In this document: piece by piece, positions 1 through 9,253 of the stretch
How the letters are laid out: every line of letters begins with the position of its first letter
How positions within the stretch are numbered: the first letter of the stretch is position 1
Assembly (NCBI RefSeq): GCF_008065095.1
Contig: NZ_CP042911.1
Location: forward strand, 3,690,001 to 3,722,000
Length of the DNA: 32,000 nt
From: Gemmata obscuriglobus
GTDB taxonomy: Bacteria; Planctomycetota; Planctomycetia; Gemmatales; Gemmataceae
Direction of reading: 5' to 3'
Notes under the pieces: generated by a model
What the model saw: the letters and a program-made list of their open reading frames with translations, nothing else
The model's database searches: none
Told to the model about the DNA's origin: nothing
Translations under genes and position numbers: made by a program

Positions 1-3000
1 CCTCGGGCGAGAGCCGGTGCCGGTTGATGTGTTCGGACACCAGGAGAATCAGCGCGAGCGGGATCACCCACGCCTGTGGGTGAACGAAGAACGGTACGTC
101 GCCGTGGGTAAGGGCTGCCCACAGCGCCGCGTTGGTCGCCAGGGCCGCGAGCAGCGCCCATCCGAACGACCGCTTCGAGAGCGCCACCAACCCGTAAACG
201 CCGCCCGCGAGGAACCACAGCCACGCGTAGGTATCGAAGTGCTGCGGGAGCTTTTCCAGGTAACCGAGGATCGGCTCCAGTCCCGGAGCGGTGTCGCGTG
301 CGAACTCGGAGACGGGGGCCGACGGCTTCGCCCAGAACGCGAGCAGCGGCACCAGCGGGAGCAGCGCGCCGGTGCGGCGGAGCGGCAGCGCGAGCACCTC
401 GACCTTTCTCCGCTCAAAGAACTCGGCCAGCCCGATGCCCGCGTAGGCGAGCGCCATCACCACAAACGTCCAGAACTTCGCAAGCTCCCCCCGGAACAGC
501 CCCGGCACGTTGAATCGGATCTGCAAAAAGAACAATACGACCAGCAATTCCGCGATGTACACGTATGCGGTGCGGCGCGTCGGACGCAGCTCGAACGGGT
601 CACGGTCTGGTTTCAGTGCGAAGCGGAGGGCGAGGGCCGTCAAGCTCGCGACCGCGGCCAGTATCGCGAGGGCGGCCTCGCGCGCAAGTGGCGTGCGGCC
701 TTTGACGGGATCAAACACCGGCACCTGCTGCACAAGGTTCAGGCCCAGCACGACGAACGCCGCGACCGCGGCCCATCCTCCGACGATGCGCACCACCCGG
801 CGCCAGTGTTCGCTCACACGCGGCACCGCCACGCTCCCGCCCACGGCGGCGATCACCAGTGCGACGAACAGCCACGCGTTCCGGTGCAGCCAAACGTGCG
901 GGGGTGTTGGGTCCGGCACCGCCCACCCGAGCGCCGCAAGGCACCACACCACAAGAGCCGCGGCTGCCATGCGGAGCGCATTCCCGACTTCGGTGGCGTA
1001 AGTCCGGGCCAGCACCGCGAAGCTGATCGCCAGAAGCGCTGCGGCGCCCGAGTTCGCACACCGGGACAGCAATTCCGCCGAGGTAAGTCCGCTGTGTATC
1101 CCAAACGCGACCGCAACCGTGGCGAGCAGCGACAGCCCGAGCGCGGGCCACTGCGCCTGAGGAGACTGTGGTAACCGGAGAACCGACCCAACGAATCGGT
1201 CGGACCCGAGGCGCAAGCACGCGACACCGAGTGCGTATGCAGAGAGCGCCAGAGCGGTCAGCGGGATGCTCCACACCGGTCGCGGCGCCCACTCACTAAC
1301 GATTTGCGGCTCCAAGTCGCACACGGTGAGCAGTACCGCGAGCGTGCCGGCCACGAACAGCGCCGGCCGGGCGAACCGCGCACGCGCGTCCCAGAGCCCC
1401 ACCGCACACGCCACCGCAATCGCTCCCAGCGCTCCCCACTTCAAACCGGCAGGATCGGACCCGGCTCCGGTGAATGTGGGCGCGAGACCAGCGAGAAGGA
1501 ACGCGAGCGCCGGGACGAGTGCCCCGTCGAGTGGTTCCAGCCAGGGGGCCGAATCGTTCGCCGCGCGCTTTCGGGCACGAACGACGCCCCACACGGCGAT
1601 CGCGGCACCAAAGCCAGTCGCGTTCGTGAGGAAGAACCCGGACACGGTTCTGGGTCCCTCTGCGACCCACACGAGGAGCGCGGCCAGGTTCATCGCCAAC
1701 CCAGAGGTGTACGCGAACGCAAGCGCTCGAGTGTGTAGCGAGACCGCTCCCAGCGCGACCGCCGCTCCGATCGCCAGCCCGGCCGGCAGCCACGGGCGCC
1801 ACGGGTCCAACTCGCCGGCGCGTAGAGCACACAGCACGAGCAGCGCCGCGAAGCAGGTGAGCCACCACGCTCCGAGTTTGACGTGCTTGATCGTCGCGAG
1901 GAAAGCCCCGCTCACACCAAGCCACGCGAGCGCCATCACATGGAACGACAGCCACCGGCCGGGCTCGTCCCACCGGCGCGCCGCCGAGGCGGCCAGGACG
2001 CCCGCGAGCAGCCCGGAGAACGCCAGGATCAGTGAAACGGCTTCCGGTTGTTTACGGCGTGCGTGCCACACGCCCGCGCCGGCGACCAGCACGAGCGCTC
2101 CCCAGCCGAATACACCTAGCGGCTCGACGGCAACGGCCAGAGGTAAGTCCGGGCGCGTGAAGATGCGCGTTCCCGGCCCGAAGCACACCGCAAGAAGTGC
2201 CCCGAATCCGATCAGCACCTGCACGGTGAGCAGAGTTCCCCCCGGCACGCGGCGCTCGACCGACAGCCAGCCCATGGCCCACACCGCCGCACTACTGGCG
2301 AGCACAAGCGCGAGGTGAACCCATTCCGTATCGTTCAGAGGGTTCCCGCGGAGTACGACGCCCAGCGCGTATTCGGCGGTAAGGGTAGCAACGAACACCA
2401 CTCCGCCCGCGAGGGCATAACCCGCCGATCGCTCGCGGGCCGCGCTGACCGCCAGCCCGGCCACGACCAGCGCGAGCGGCACGAGGTTAGACGTGAGCGC
2501 TCCCATCTGGGCGAACGCGGAGGTGCCGAGCGGCCCGCCGGGTTCCAACCGCTTCAACCCGAGTTCGGCAACGAGCCCGGAGAGTGCCACAACGGCGCCG
2601 GCCGCCGTCGCGAGCGCCGCGAGCAGGACTAGGTGCAAGTGCGGCGAAGGGCGCACGATGAAACCCAGCGCCTCTGCCGAACGCCGTGCAGACGTACGCA
2701 GAGCCACCAGTCCCGTCCCCGTGAGGAACGCGCCGGCGAGCCCCCACCGCAAGGCCGACGCCGTCGCGACCTCGGGGGCGAACGTCCCGGCCCAGACCAC
2801 AGGCGCCGCGAGCGCGACCAGTGCGAGGCCGAGCGCGTGGACATCGGTGTCGCGTTCGAGTGTTGACAGCCGCCACGCCACCCCGACCGCCGTTGCGAGC
2901 AGGAACAGCAGGCCGAACGTTGTCTGATCGAAGGCGTGCGCGGGTACCGCCAGCCTGTCGAGACGCCAAGCCAGCGGGCGTAATTCCGCTGCTATCCCGG

Positions 3001-5788
3001 GCGCCGTCGCCGCGGCCGTGATTAACAAAAACCCAAGTACGGTTGCACCGAGTACGAACCGCTCCAGCGACAGCGGGTCGTCGCACCACAGCTCACGGGC
3101 ACGAGGCACCGGCCGGACGGCGCGCCGCGCGAGCGACCAGCCGATGGCCAGCAGCCCGAGAGCGTACCCGAACGCACACAGCACACGCGCATCAGAAAGG
3201 GGAGCCGTTCCGGCCCACCAATCCTGGCGCTCGGCCCACCCCAGAGCCGTCAGCAGCCCCGCGAGTGTGACCGCGGCCTGGAACGCCGAGAATCCGCCGC
3301 GCTCGCGCCACAACAACGAGAAGCTGAGCCACAGGAGACCGAGCCACACCGCGAGTACCGCGAACGTGCCCGCGTAGCCACCCACCCACGGGAGCAGTAG
3401 CGGGACTGCAAGGGCCGTCGAGAGTCGCGCGGACCAGCGGAACGGGTCGCCGAACACACGGGCCTGTCGGCGGCACAGCACCGCCGCGGCGGTCATGAAA
3501 GTGGCGTGCGCGAGGACGGCCGTTTCGATCGACACCAGTACCGGCTTTGCGCCCCAGGTGAAGACACCGAGGTGCAGGCACCCGAACAGGGCCGCCAGTG
3601 AACCGGCCCAGGTGAAATACGGCCCCCCGGTCAAACGCGCGAGCGCGACGAAGGCGAGCGCGAGCGCGAACAGCGTTCCGGTGTGCCACGCGGAATCGGG
3701 TGCCAGTGAACTGATTGCGAACACGGGGGCTAACACACTCGCCCCGAAGGCTACATCCCGCCCGGCGCGGCGGAGCAGGGCGGTCGCAGTGTGGTGCGCG
3801 TTCCGGATTGCCACGGAGACGAGGGCAAGGAACGCCGCCTCGGCTGCGATGACAAATCCCCAATGGTCGGGCTGGCGCGGCGCCTGCGCCCACAGCGCCC
3901 AGAGCGTACCGACCAGCGCGACCCACAACCCGGCGGACGCGACCGCCCGGCGCTCGCACCGGTAGTTGCTCGCGATCAGCCCGAGCGCGAGCGCGCCGTG
4001 AACGACTGCCGCGGTCACGGGGTGATCCGGCCCGTTCCAGCTCACGATCAGCAGTCCAAGCGCCCCGACGCACAGTCCGCCGGTCGCGTAACTCCGGGTC
4101 TGGTGGGACCCACGCCGCGCCAGCACCTCGGCGAGCAACCCGAGCGCCAGTGCGAACCCCGCGAGTATCACCCCGTTCACGGGCGCCTCAAACGCCGCGA
4201 TCAGTCCAGCAGGGTTGGTCCAGTTACCGGCGAGGCCGTGGTACCCAAGCATTGCCGCCAGGGCCAACAGCGGGATCGCGCCGGCTTGGACCCAGGAGAG
4301 GTGCTCGCGGAACGCGACGCGTGTCAGGTGCGCCCCGGCCGCACTCGAGATGAGCAGAAGTGCGAGCGGGTCCGGCCACGCGAGCGCCAGCGCGGTCGTG
4401 ACCGCGCCGAACCCCGCGAGCGCCACCGCGGTTCCCGCGGCGCGGAGCCCGCCGGACGCGACCCGGCGCAGCACCAGTATCCCGGATTCGATCACCGGAA
4501 CGCCCGCCAGGGCCAACGGAACCGCGAGATCGGCGAGCCGTGCGGCAAGTCGTGCGGCGTCGCCCAGGGCGTCGCGCACGGCGTACAGCCCCCATGCCGC
4601 CGACAGCGCGAACGCGGCCAACCCGACGAACATCAGTACCGCCGTGCCGCTCCGGTCCGAAACCGGTTCGTCGCGACGCCGGGGGCCGTACCACGACAGC
4701 CCGCCGAGTGTCGCCCCGCACGCGACCGCGAAGCACGCCAGCGGGAGCCACGGTGACACGAGGTTGGCGGGAAGAAGCTGTGTCCCGGCGGCGCCGATCA
4801 CCGCGAGCGACAGCAGCCAGCGGCGATCCACCGGCCCGGGCAGGTGCTGGGTCCCGATCAGATCCCGCCCGCCGGTACGCACCACTCCCACAAACGTCGC
4901 CAGTGCCAGCGCTTTCACTGCCAGATCGACGGCCCAGTGCGCGCCTTCGGTGAACGGCGCCGCGAGTAACAGGAGCGTGAGCGGGGTGAGCAGCAGAGCG
5001 ATGACGAGCATCCCGCGGCTGGTGCCGCGCAGCTTCCACCGGTGCAGCGTGTACTGGCCCGCGCCGAACAGCCCGAGCGTCACCGCCGCGGACAGCAAAA
5101 ACTGGAAGTACGGGATCGCTTCGAGCGTCTGCCGGAGCGTGACCACCAGCGCGATCGAACAACCAACGATGAGCAACCCACCGACCAACTCGCCCCAAAG
5201 GATGTTGTGCGCTTCGAGGAACCCCGGCAACCGTTGTGCGGGCTCCTTGGACGGCTCCGCACGGCGCGGTTCCGGCTCTTTCGGTGCCACGGGTACGCGT
5301 AAAGGCGGTTCAGGCGGAACCGAGGCCGCCGGGGAGAGCGGTTTGACGGCGCTGATCGACGCGACCGGTTCGGGCGGATTCGCAACGGCGGGACGAGCCG
5401 GACGGGGTCGGGTGGGGGGCGGGGGTGTTGCGGGAAGCCTTTGAAGGCTCCGGGCGCGGGCGTTGAGTTGATTCAGAACGGGACGACCGGCGGCGGCGTC
5501 CAGGGCCTCACTGTCGATCAGAGCTTGAACTTCCCGCTCGGCGACACGTACGCGGTGCAAATCCGCTGCACGTCGGCTGTCGAAGTCGAGGTCACATTGA
5601 GGGCAGTAGCGGTCGGTGGGCGAGAGGGCGGCGCGGCACCCCGGGCAGTAGCGGAACGAGCGGTGTTCGTCGGCGCGCGGACGGGTTCCGAAGAGGGCAT
5701 TCAGAACCGTTACTGCGACCATCCAAGCGCCGTGACCGAGGACGGCAATGACGGTCACGACGGCCGCCAGTCCGCAGCACCATTCCAT
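1..5788 (-). CDS. Giant polytopic membrane protein with N-terminal zinc ribbon (partial; C-terminus lies beyond position 1)
   Basis: The minus frame with codon starts congruent to 1 mod 3 has no listed ORF from 5911 down to 1. A complete ORF starting at the 5788 ATG would have been listed, so no in-frame stop lies between 5788 and the window edge. Hand translation: in-frame stops at about 5894 and 5871, then ATG at 5788 (MEWCCGLAAVV...). 5647-5594 encodes YCPGC-x11-YCPQC. A Pro-rich linker follows. Hydrophobic, GC3-rich text was read at 5218 (LEAHNILWGELVGGLLIVG), 3538 (LVSIETAVLAHATFMTAAA), 2038 (VSLILAFSGLLAGVLAASA) and 58 (LALILLVSEHINRHRLSPE). An alternative start is ATG 5722. No family recognised. 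Confidence 0.75.
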   Translation of the reverse strand, partial: MEWCCGLAAVVTVIAVLGHGAWMVAVTVLNALFGTRPRADEHRSFRYCPGCRAALSPTDRYCPQCDLDFDSRRAADLHRVRVAEREVQALIDSEALDAAAGRPVLNQLNARARSLQRLPATPPPPTRPRPARPAVANPPEPVASISAVKPLSPAASVPPEPPLRVPVAPKEPEPRRAEPSKEPAQRLPGFLEAHNILWGELVGGLLIVGCSIALVVTLRQTLEAIPYFQFLLSAAVTLGLFGAGQYTLHRWKLRGTSRGMLVIALLLTPLTLLLLAAPFTEGAHWAVDLAVKALALATFVGVVRTGGRDLIGTQHLPGPVDRRWLLSLAVIGAAGTQLLPANLVSPWLPLACFAVACGATLGGLSWYGPRRRDEPVSDRSGTAVLMFVGLAAFALSAAWGLYAVRDALGDAARLAARLADLAVPLALAGVPVIESGILVLRRVASGGLRAAGTAVALAGFGAVTTALALAWPDPLALLLISSAAGAHLTRVAFREHLSWVQAGAIPLLALAAMLGYHGLAGNWTNPAGLIAAFEAPVNGVILAGFALALGLLAEVLARRGSHQTRSYATGGLCVGALGLLIVSWNGPDHPVTAAVVHGALALGLIASNYRCERRAVASAGLWVALVGTLWALWAQAPRQPDHWGFVIAAEAAFLALVSVAIRNAHHTATALLRRAGRDVAFGASVLAPVFAISSLAPDSAWHTGTLFALALAFVALARLTGGPYFTWAGSLAALFGCLHLGVFTWGAKPVLVSIETAVLAHATFMTAAAVLCRRQARVFGDPFRWSARLSTALAVPLLLPWVGGYAGTFAVLAVWLGLLWLSFSLLWRERGGFSAFQAAVTLAGLLTALGWAERQDWWAGTAPLSDARVLCAFGYALGLLAIGWSLARRAVRPVPRARELWCDDPLSLERFVLGATVLGFLLITAAATAPGIAAELRPLAWRLDRLAVPAHAFDQTTFGLLFLLATAVGVAWRLSTLERDTDVHALGLALVALAAPVVWAGTFAPEVATASALRWGLAGAFLTGTGLVALRTSARRSAEALGFIVRPSPHLHLVLLAALATAAGAVVALSGLVAELGLKRLEPGGPLGTSAFAQMGALTSNLVPLALVVAGLAVSAARERSAGYALAGGVVFVATLTAEYALGVVLRGNPLNDTEWVHLALVLASSAAVWAMGWLSVERRVPGGTLLTVQVLIGFGALLAVCFGPGTRIFTRPDLPLAVAVEPLGVFGWGALVLVAGAGVWHARRKQPEAVSLILAFSGLLAGVLAASAARRWDEPGRWLSFHVMALAWLGVSGAFLATIKHVKLGAWWLTCFAALLVLCALRAGELDPWRPWLPAGLAIGAAVALGAVSLHTRALAFAYTSGLAMNLAALLVWVAEGPRTVSGFFLTNATGFGAAIAVWGVVRARKRAANDSAPWLEPLDGALVPALAFLLAGLAPTFTGAGSDPAGLKWGALGAIAVACAVGLWDARARFARPALFVAGTLAVLLTVCDLEPQIVSEWAPRPVWSIPLTALALSAYALGVACLRLGSDRFVGSVLRLPQSPQAQWPALGLSLLATVAVAFGIHSGLTSAELLSRCANSGAAALLAISFAVLARTYATEVGNALRMAAAALVVWCLAALGWAVPDPTPPHVWLHRNAWLFVALVIAAVGGSVAVPRVSEHWRRVVRIVGGWAAVAAFVVLGLNLVQQVPVFDPVKGRTPLAREAALAILAAVASLTALALRFALKPDRDPFELRPTRRTAYVYIAELLVVLFFLQIRFNVPGLFRGELAKFWTFVVMALAYAGIGLAEFFERRKVEVLALPLRRTGALLPLVPLLAFWAKPSAPVSEFARDTAPGLEPILGYLEKLPQHFDTYAWLWFLAGGVYGLVALSKRSFGWALLAALATNAALWAALTHGDVPFFVHPQAWVIPLALILLVSEHINRHRLSPE

Positions 5789-5911
5789 GCCGAGGTCCGC
5801 CGGAACCCGAAGCGGGTTCGACTCGCGAACCGGCGGGCGCCCGGACTGGGCGCCCGGCCGGTTGCTACCTCACTCGACGCCGCAGTGGCCGAATTATTCC
5901 CCGGGAGCCGG

Positions 5912-6763
5912 TCACACGTCGCAGGTCTCGATCGCCTGCTTCAGCCCGGCCAGCGGGTCGCGGGTGGGGATGAACTCGTGACCGACGAACCCGGTGTAGC
6001 CCGTGGACACGAGCTTCCGGAGCACCGCGGGGTAGTTGATCTCCTGGTTCTCGTCGAGTTCGCCCCGGCCCGGCGCGCCCGCGGTGTGAACGTGGCCGAT
6101 CAGCTCCTTGTGCTGCTCGACGCGGCGGATCAGGTCGCCGTGCATGAGCTGCACGTGGTAGAAGTCGAACAGCAGCTTCACGCGCGGGCTGCCCACCGCC
6201 TTCACGATGCTCGCGACGAACTCGAGGTCGTCTCCGCCGTACCCCGGGTGCCCCTTCATCGGGTCCGTGTCGTCGCGCGTGTTGAGGTGCTCCAGGCACA
6301 CCGTCACGCCCTTCTTTTCCGCGTACAGCGCCAGCTTCTTGAGACCCGCAACGCAGTTGTAGAACGCCTCATCTGGGGTGATGGTGCCGGACTTCGGGTC
6401 GTCCGGGTTGACCCACTTGTACCCGGTGAACGCGATCACGTTCGGGAACTTCGCGTCGGCACACTGGTCGATGGTCTTCGAGGTGGTCGTGATCACCTCG
6501 TCGTGGAACTGCGGGTTGTTGAACCCGCGCATGAACGGCGCGCCGGGCATCCCGTTGGCCGCCAGCCCGCACACGAGGTCGTACTTCTTAAGGTGGTGCC
6601 ATTCCGAGGGGTCGATCAGCTCGACCGCCTTGCCGCCCAGGTCGCGGGTGACGCTGCACACCTTCTCGGCGGACCACTGCTCGCCGCGGGCGTTGAAGCA
6701 CCAGAAGGCGACCGAGTGGTTCACCCGGCCCTTGAGCTTGGTTTTCGGTTCGTCGGCGGTCAT
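5912..6763 (-). CDS. Sugar phosphate isomerase/epimerase, xylose-isomerase-like TIM barrel (hydroxypyruvate isomerase-like)
   Basis: ORF 5912..6799 has text typical of this family (KGRVNHSVAFWCF..., VCLEHLN, LFDFYHVQLMHGD, GHVHTAG, GFVGHEF). The ATG at 6763 is preceded by AGGAG with a 5-nt spacer, so it is preferred over the longest start at 6799. Confidence 0.85.
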   Translation of the reverse strand: MTADEPKTKLKGRVNHSVAFWCFNARGEQWSAEKVCSVTRDLGGKAVELIDPSEWHHLKKYDLVCGLAANGMPGAPFMRGFNNPQFHDEVITTTSKTIDQCADAKFPNVIAFTGYKWVNPDDPKSGTITPDEAFYNCVAGLKKLALYAEKKGVTVCLEHLNTRDDTDPMKGHPGYGGDDLEFVASIVKAVGSPRVKLLFDFYHVQLMHGDLIRRVEQHKELIGHVHTAGAPGRGELDENQEINYPAVLRKLVSTGYTGFVGHEFIPTRDPLAGLKQAIETCDV

Positions 6764-7026
6764 CGCGGCTCCTGTGGGGAGTGCCGCCGAGCTGCGCACA
6801 CGCGCACGCGGTTCGGCGCTACAACTCCGGGAAAGGAACGGCCCGCCGGGGTCTCCGGCGAGCCGTTATGATCGGGCCTCGTCAACTTCTCAATCTGTGG
6901 TGCGGAGCGTGTGATGGTGTTTGCCCGGACGACGCAACATCGTCCCGCTGCATGGCAGCGAGTTAAACGCAGCCGATGCGGGAAGATTAACCCTGTGACC
7001 GGCGCGAGGCAAGCGCTGCTTCTGGT

Positions 7027-7226
7027 AGCCCGGGGTTTTCACCCCGGGCAATGACCCGCGACCCCGTTGGGGTCGAAGAGTCGGGCACAGCCGCGCGAAT
7101 CGTTGTCTTCTGACCCCAACGGGGTCACGGGTCATAGCCCGGGGTGAAACCCCGGGTGCCGAACGCGATGATGACCAGACGCGGGCCGTGGGTGGCGGGT
7201 CATCGCCCGGAGTTTTCCCCCCGGGC
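7027..7226. repeat. Cluster of REP/MITE-like compound palindromes (about 46-nt inverted arms plus a third partial copy)
   Basis: Arm A (7027-7074) matches the reverse complement of arm B (7112-7157) at about 43 of 46 positions with one indel, separated by a 37-nt spacer. Each arm holds two small hairpins (cccgggg-N-ccccggg and gacccc-gtt-ggggtc). A third partial copy (7194-7226) abuts the nuoM stop codon at 7227. Confidence 0.7.
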
Positions 7227-9104
7227 CTACGGTTTCAGCGGCGCCAGGTTCTCGATCCAGCCCGCCACACTGGGCTCCATCCAGTTGAACAGCAACAGGC
7301 TCGGTGCAATTCCCAGCGCGATGGCGAGCAGTACGAAGGGCACGAGGCACACCGCCTCACGGGGCGTCAGTTCGGGGAAGTCTTTGGTTGCGGGGTTCGT
7401 GCCCAGGTAGACCCGCTGCCACGTCCAGAGCAGGTACGCGGCCGTCAGGACGACGCTCAGCACGGCCGGCACCGCAAGGCCGGGAGAGAAGTTCCACGCG
7501 GCCAGGAACACACAGAACTCGCCCACGAACCCGCACAGCCCGGGAAGCCCCATCGACGCGAAGAACAGAATCGCGCTCAGCCCGGCGTAGAACGGCATCG
7601 GTTCCTTCAGGCCGCCGAACCGGTTCAGGTCGCGGTGGTGCGCCCGGTCGTACACCACGCCCACGATAAAGAACAGGGCCGATGCGGTGATCCCGTGGGC
7701 GACCATCTGGAACATCGCGCCGCTCACGCCCCACTGCCAATATTGAGCGTTGGCGGCAGAACCCCAGCTCGCGAGACCCAGCACCACGAAGCCCATGTGG
7801 CTGACGCTGGAATACGCGAGCAGTTTCTTGAAATCGGTTTGGCCCATCGCGACCAGTGCGCCGTACACGATTCCGATCACCCCGATGAGCCCGATCCACC
7901 ACGCCAGCTCCGATGCGGCCCACGGGCACACCGGAAACGCGACCCGCACCAGCCCGTAGCCGCCGAGCTTCAGCAGCACGCCCGCCAGGATCATGCTGAC
8001 CGGCGTCGGCGCCTCGAAGTGCGCGTCCGGCAGCCACGAGTGCAGCGGAACGATCGGCACCTTGACCGCGAACCCGAGGAACAACAGCACGAACACGAGG
8101 TACTGGAACCGTTTGGTGCAAACGGGCTGCGTCTTCAGCCGGGCCAGGGCGGCGTCACGGTCCACGCCGGGTGCGAAGAGGCGCACCTGCTTCGCCTCAT
8201 CCGAGGGGCCGGGCACTTCGACCGTCGCGGTTTTAACGGCAAGACGCTCTTCTTGCCCGCTCAGGACCAGCGACACCGCGCGGCCCACTTTCGAGAGCGT
8301 GACGAAATCGAACGTGTGAACCTCAACCTGTTCCGCCGCTTCTTCGGGCTTGAGGTTCGGTTGCTTTTTCTGGACGTCGGCGGCCCGCTGGTTCACTTCC
8401 GCCTGATCGACGAAGTCGCGCGCGTTCACCGAGTACAGGGCGATCATCGCGACGAGGAGGCACACGCCGCCGAGTAGTGTGTACACCACGAACTTGAGCG
8501 CCGCGTACTTACGGTTGTTGCCGCCCCACAGCCCGATGAGGACGTACATGGGGAGCAGCATCAACTCGTAGGAGACGTAAAACAGGAAGAAGTCCAGCGC
8601 GAGGAACGCGCCGATCACGCCGGTTTCCAGCAGCAGCAGCAAGGCGAGGTACCCGCGCACACCGTCTTCGATCTTCCAGCTCGCGACGATCGCCAAGAGC
8701 GTGACCAGCGCGGTGAGCACCACGAGCGGCAGGCTCAGCCCGTCCGCCCCCAGCGCGAACTGCACATTGAAGGGCGCGATCCAGGCCCGCCGGGCGATCC
8801 AGTCGTTGGGGTCGAGTTTCTTGGGAATCGGCTGCGCGGCGTCGCTGGCCGCCTTATCGGCCCGGCTGTCGAGCCGGGTGCGGACCGAGTGCCGCGGCAT
8901 CCCGTTGGCGTCGAGGTGCTGGTCGAGCAGGTTATAGTACCCCACCACGACGCACAGCGACAGCGCGAGTGTGCCGGCCGCGCCGAACGTGGCCCACCAG
9001 CGCAGCAGTTCAGGCCAGCGCGACGGCAGGACGAGCAAACCTGCCGCACAGATGGCCGGCAAGAACACGAGAAGCGACAGCCACGTCAGGTCCGACTCGG
9101 CCAT
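7227..9104 (-). CDS. nuoM: NADH-quinone oxidoreductase subunit M (625 aa, longer than usual)
   Basis: Contains the NuoM/ND4 signature text DFFLFYVSYELMLLPMYVLIGLWGG, PIVPLHSWLPDAHFEAPTPVSMILAGVLLKLGGYG and LLAYSSVSHMGFV. Starts at ATG 9104 and follows nuoL. Confidence 0.95.
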   Translation of the reverse strand: MAESDLTWLSLLVFLPAICAAGLLVLPSRWPELLRWWATFGAAGTLALSLCVVVGYYNLLDQHLDANGMPRHSVRTRLDSRADKAASDAAQPIPKKLDPNDWIARRAWIAPFNVQFALGADGLSLPLVVLTALVTLLAIVASWKIEDGVRGYLALLLLLETGVIGAFLALDFFLFYVSYELMLLPMYVLIGLWGGNNRKYAALKFVVYTLLGGVCLLVAMIALYSVNARDFVDQAEVNQRAADVQKKQPNLKPEEAAEQVEVHTFDFVTLSKVGRAVSLVLSGQEERLAVKTATVEVPGPSDEAKQVRLFAPGVDRDAALARLKTQPVCTKRFQYLVFVLLFLGFAVKVPIVPLHSWLPDAHFEAPTPVSMILAGVLLKLGGYGLVRVAFPVCPWAASELAWWIGLIGVIGIVYGALVAMGQTDFKKLLAYSSVSHMGFVVLGLASWGSAANAQYWQWGVSGAMFQMVAHGITASALFFIVGVVYDRAHHRDLNRFGGLKEPMPFYAGLSAILFFASMGLPGLCGFVGEFCVFLAAWNFSPGLAVPAVLSVVLTAAYLLWTWQRVYLGTNPATKDFPELTPREAVCLVPFVLLAIALGIAPSLLLFNWMEPSVAGWIENLAPLKP

Positions 9105-9126
9105 TCCTTAGCCTTCAAGAAGAGCA

Positions 9127-9253
9127 GAAAGGCCGGGTTACACCGCAGAGGGCGCGAGAGGGCGCAGAGAAACAACAACGACAGCCACGGCTTTGTTCTT
9201 GTTGCCTTTTCTCCGCGCCCTCTCGCGCCCTCTGCGGTGTAACCCGGCCTTTC
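9127..9253. repeat. 127-nt near-perfect inverted repeat (long hairpin) filling the nuoL-nuoM spacer
   Basis: The left arm (9127-9172) and the reverse complement of the right arm (9207-9253) are identical over the first 39 nt, then have 1 mismatch, then 6 more matches. The inner region pairs further (caacaa.../...ttgttg). The right arm overlaps the nuoL stop codon (tca, 9252-9254). Confidence 0.85.

Noticed and set aside
17-5444. Long plus- and minus-strand ORFs covering the first 5.4 kb (for example 17..1174+, 1266..2318+, 3192..4073-, 3791..4756+, 4215..5444+, 4224..5198-).
   Set aside because: Their translations are dominated by Arg/Ala/Pro/Ser/Gly runs, typical of out-of-frame or antisense reading of GC-rich genes. 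The unlisted sixth frame gives coherent membrane-protein text throughout, so these are shadow ORFs.
5441-6871. 476-aa plus-strand ORF across the isomerase locus. The same reasoning applies to 7188..8477+, 9675..10619+, 12946..14331-, 15308..16192+, 16630..17946+, 19063..20811-, 20945..22507-, 26245..26958+, 29228..31051+ and 29409..31061-.
   Set aside because: All lie antisense to, or out of frame with, genes that have strong family signatures. They show shadow-ORF composition (Arg/Pro/Gly/His-rich with no hydrophobic cores).
6890-7350. Small ORFs 6890..7135(-), 7132..7350(-) and 7144..7410(+) between the isomerase gene and nuoM.
   Set aside because: They run through the palindromic repeat cluster, and their peptides are just translations of the repeat arms. 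There is no coding signal.
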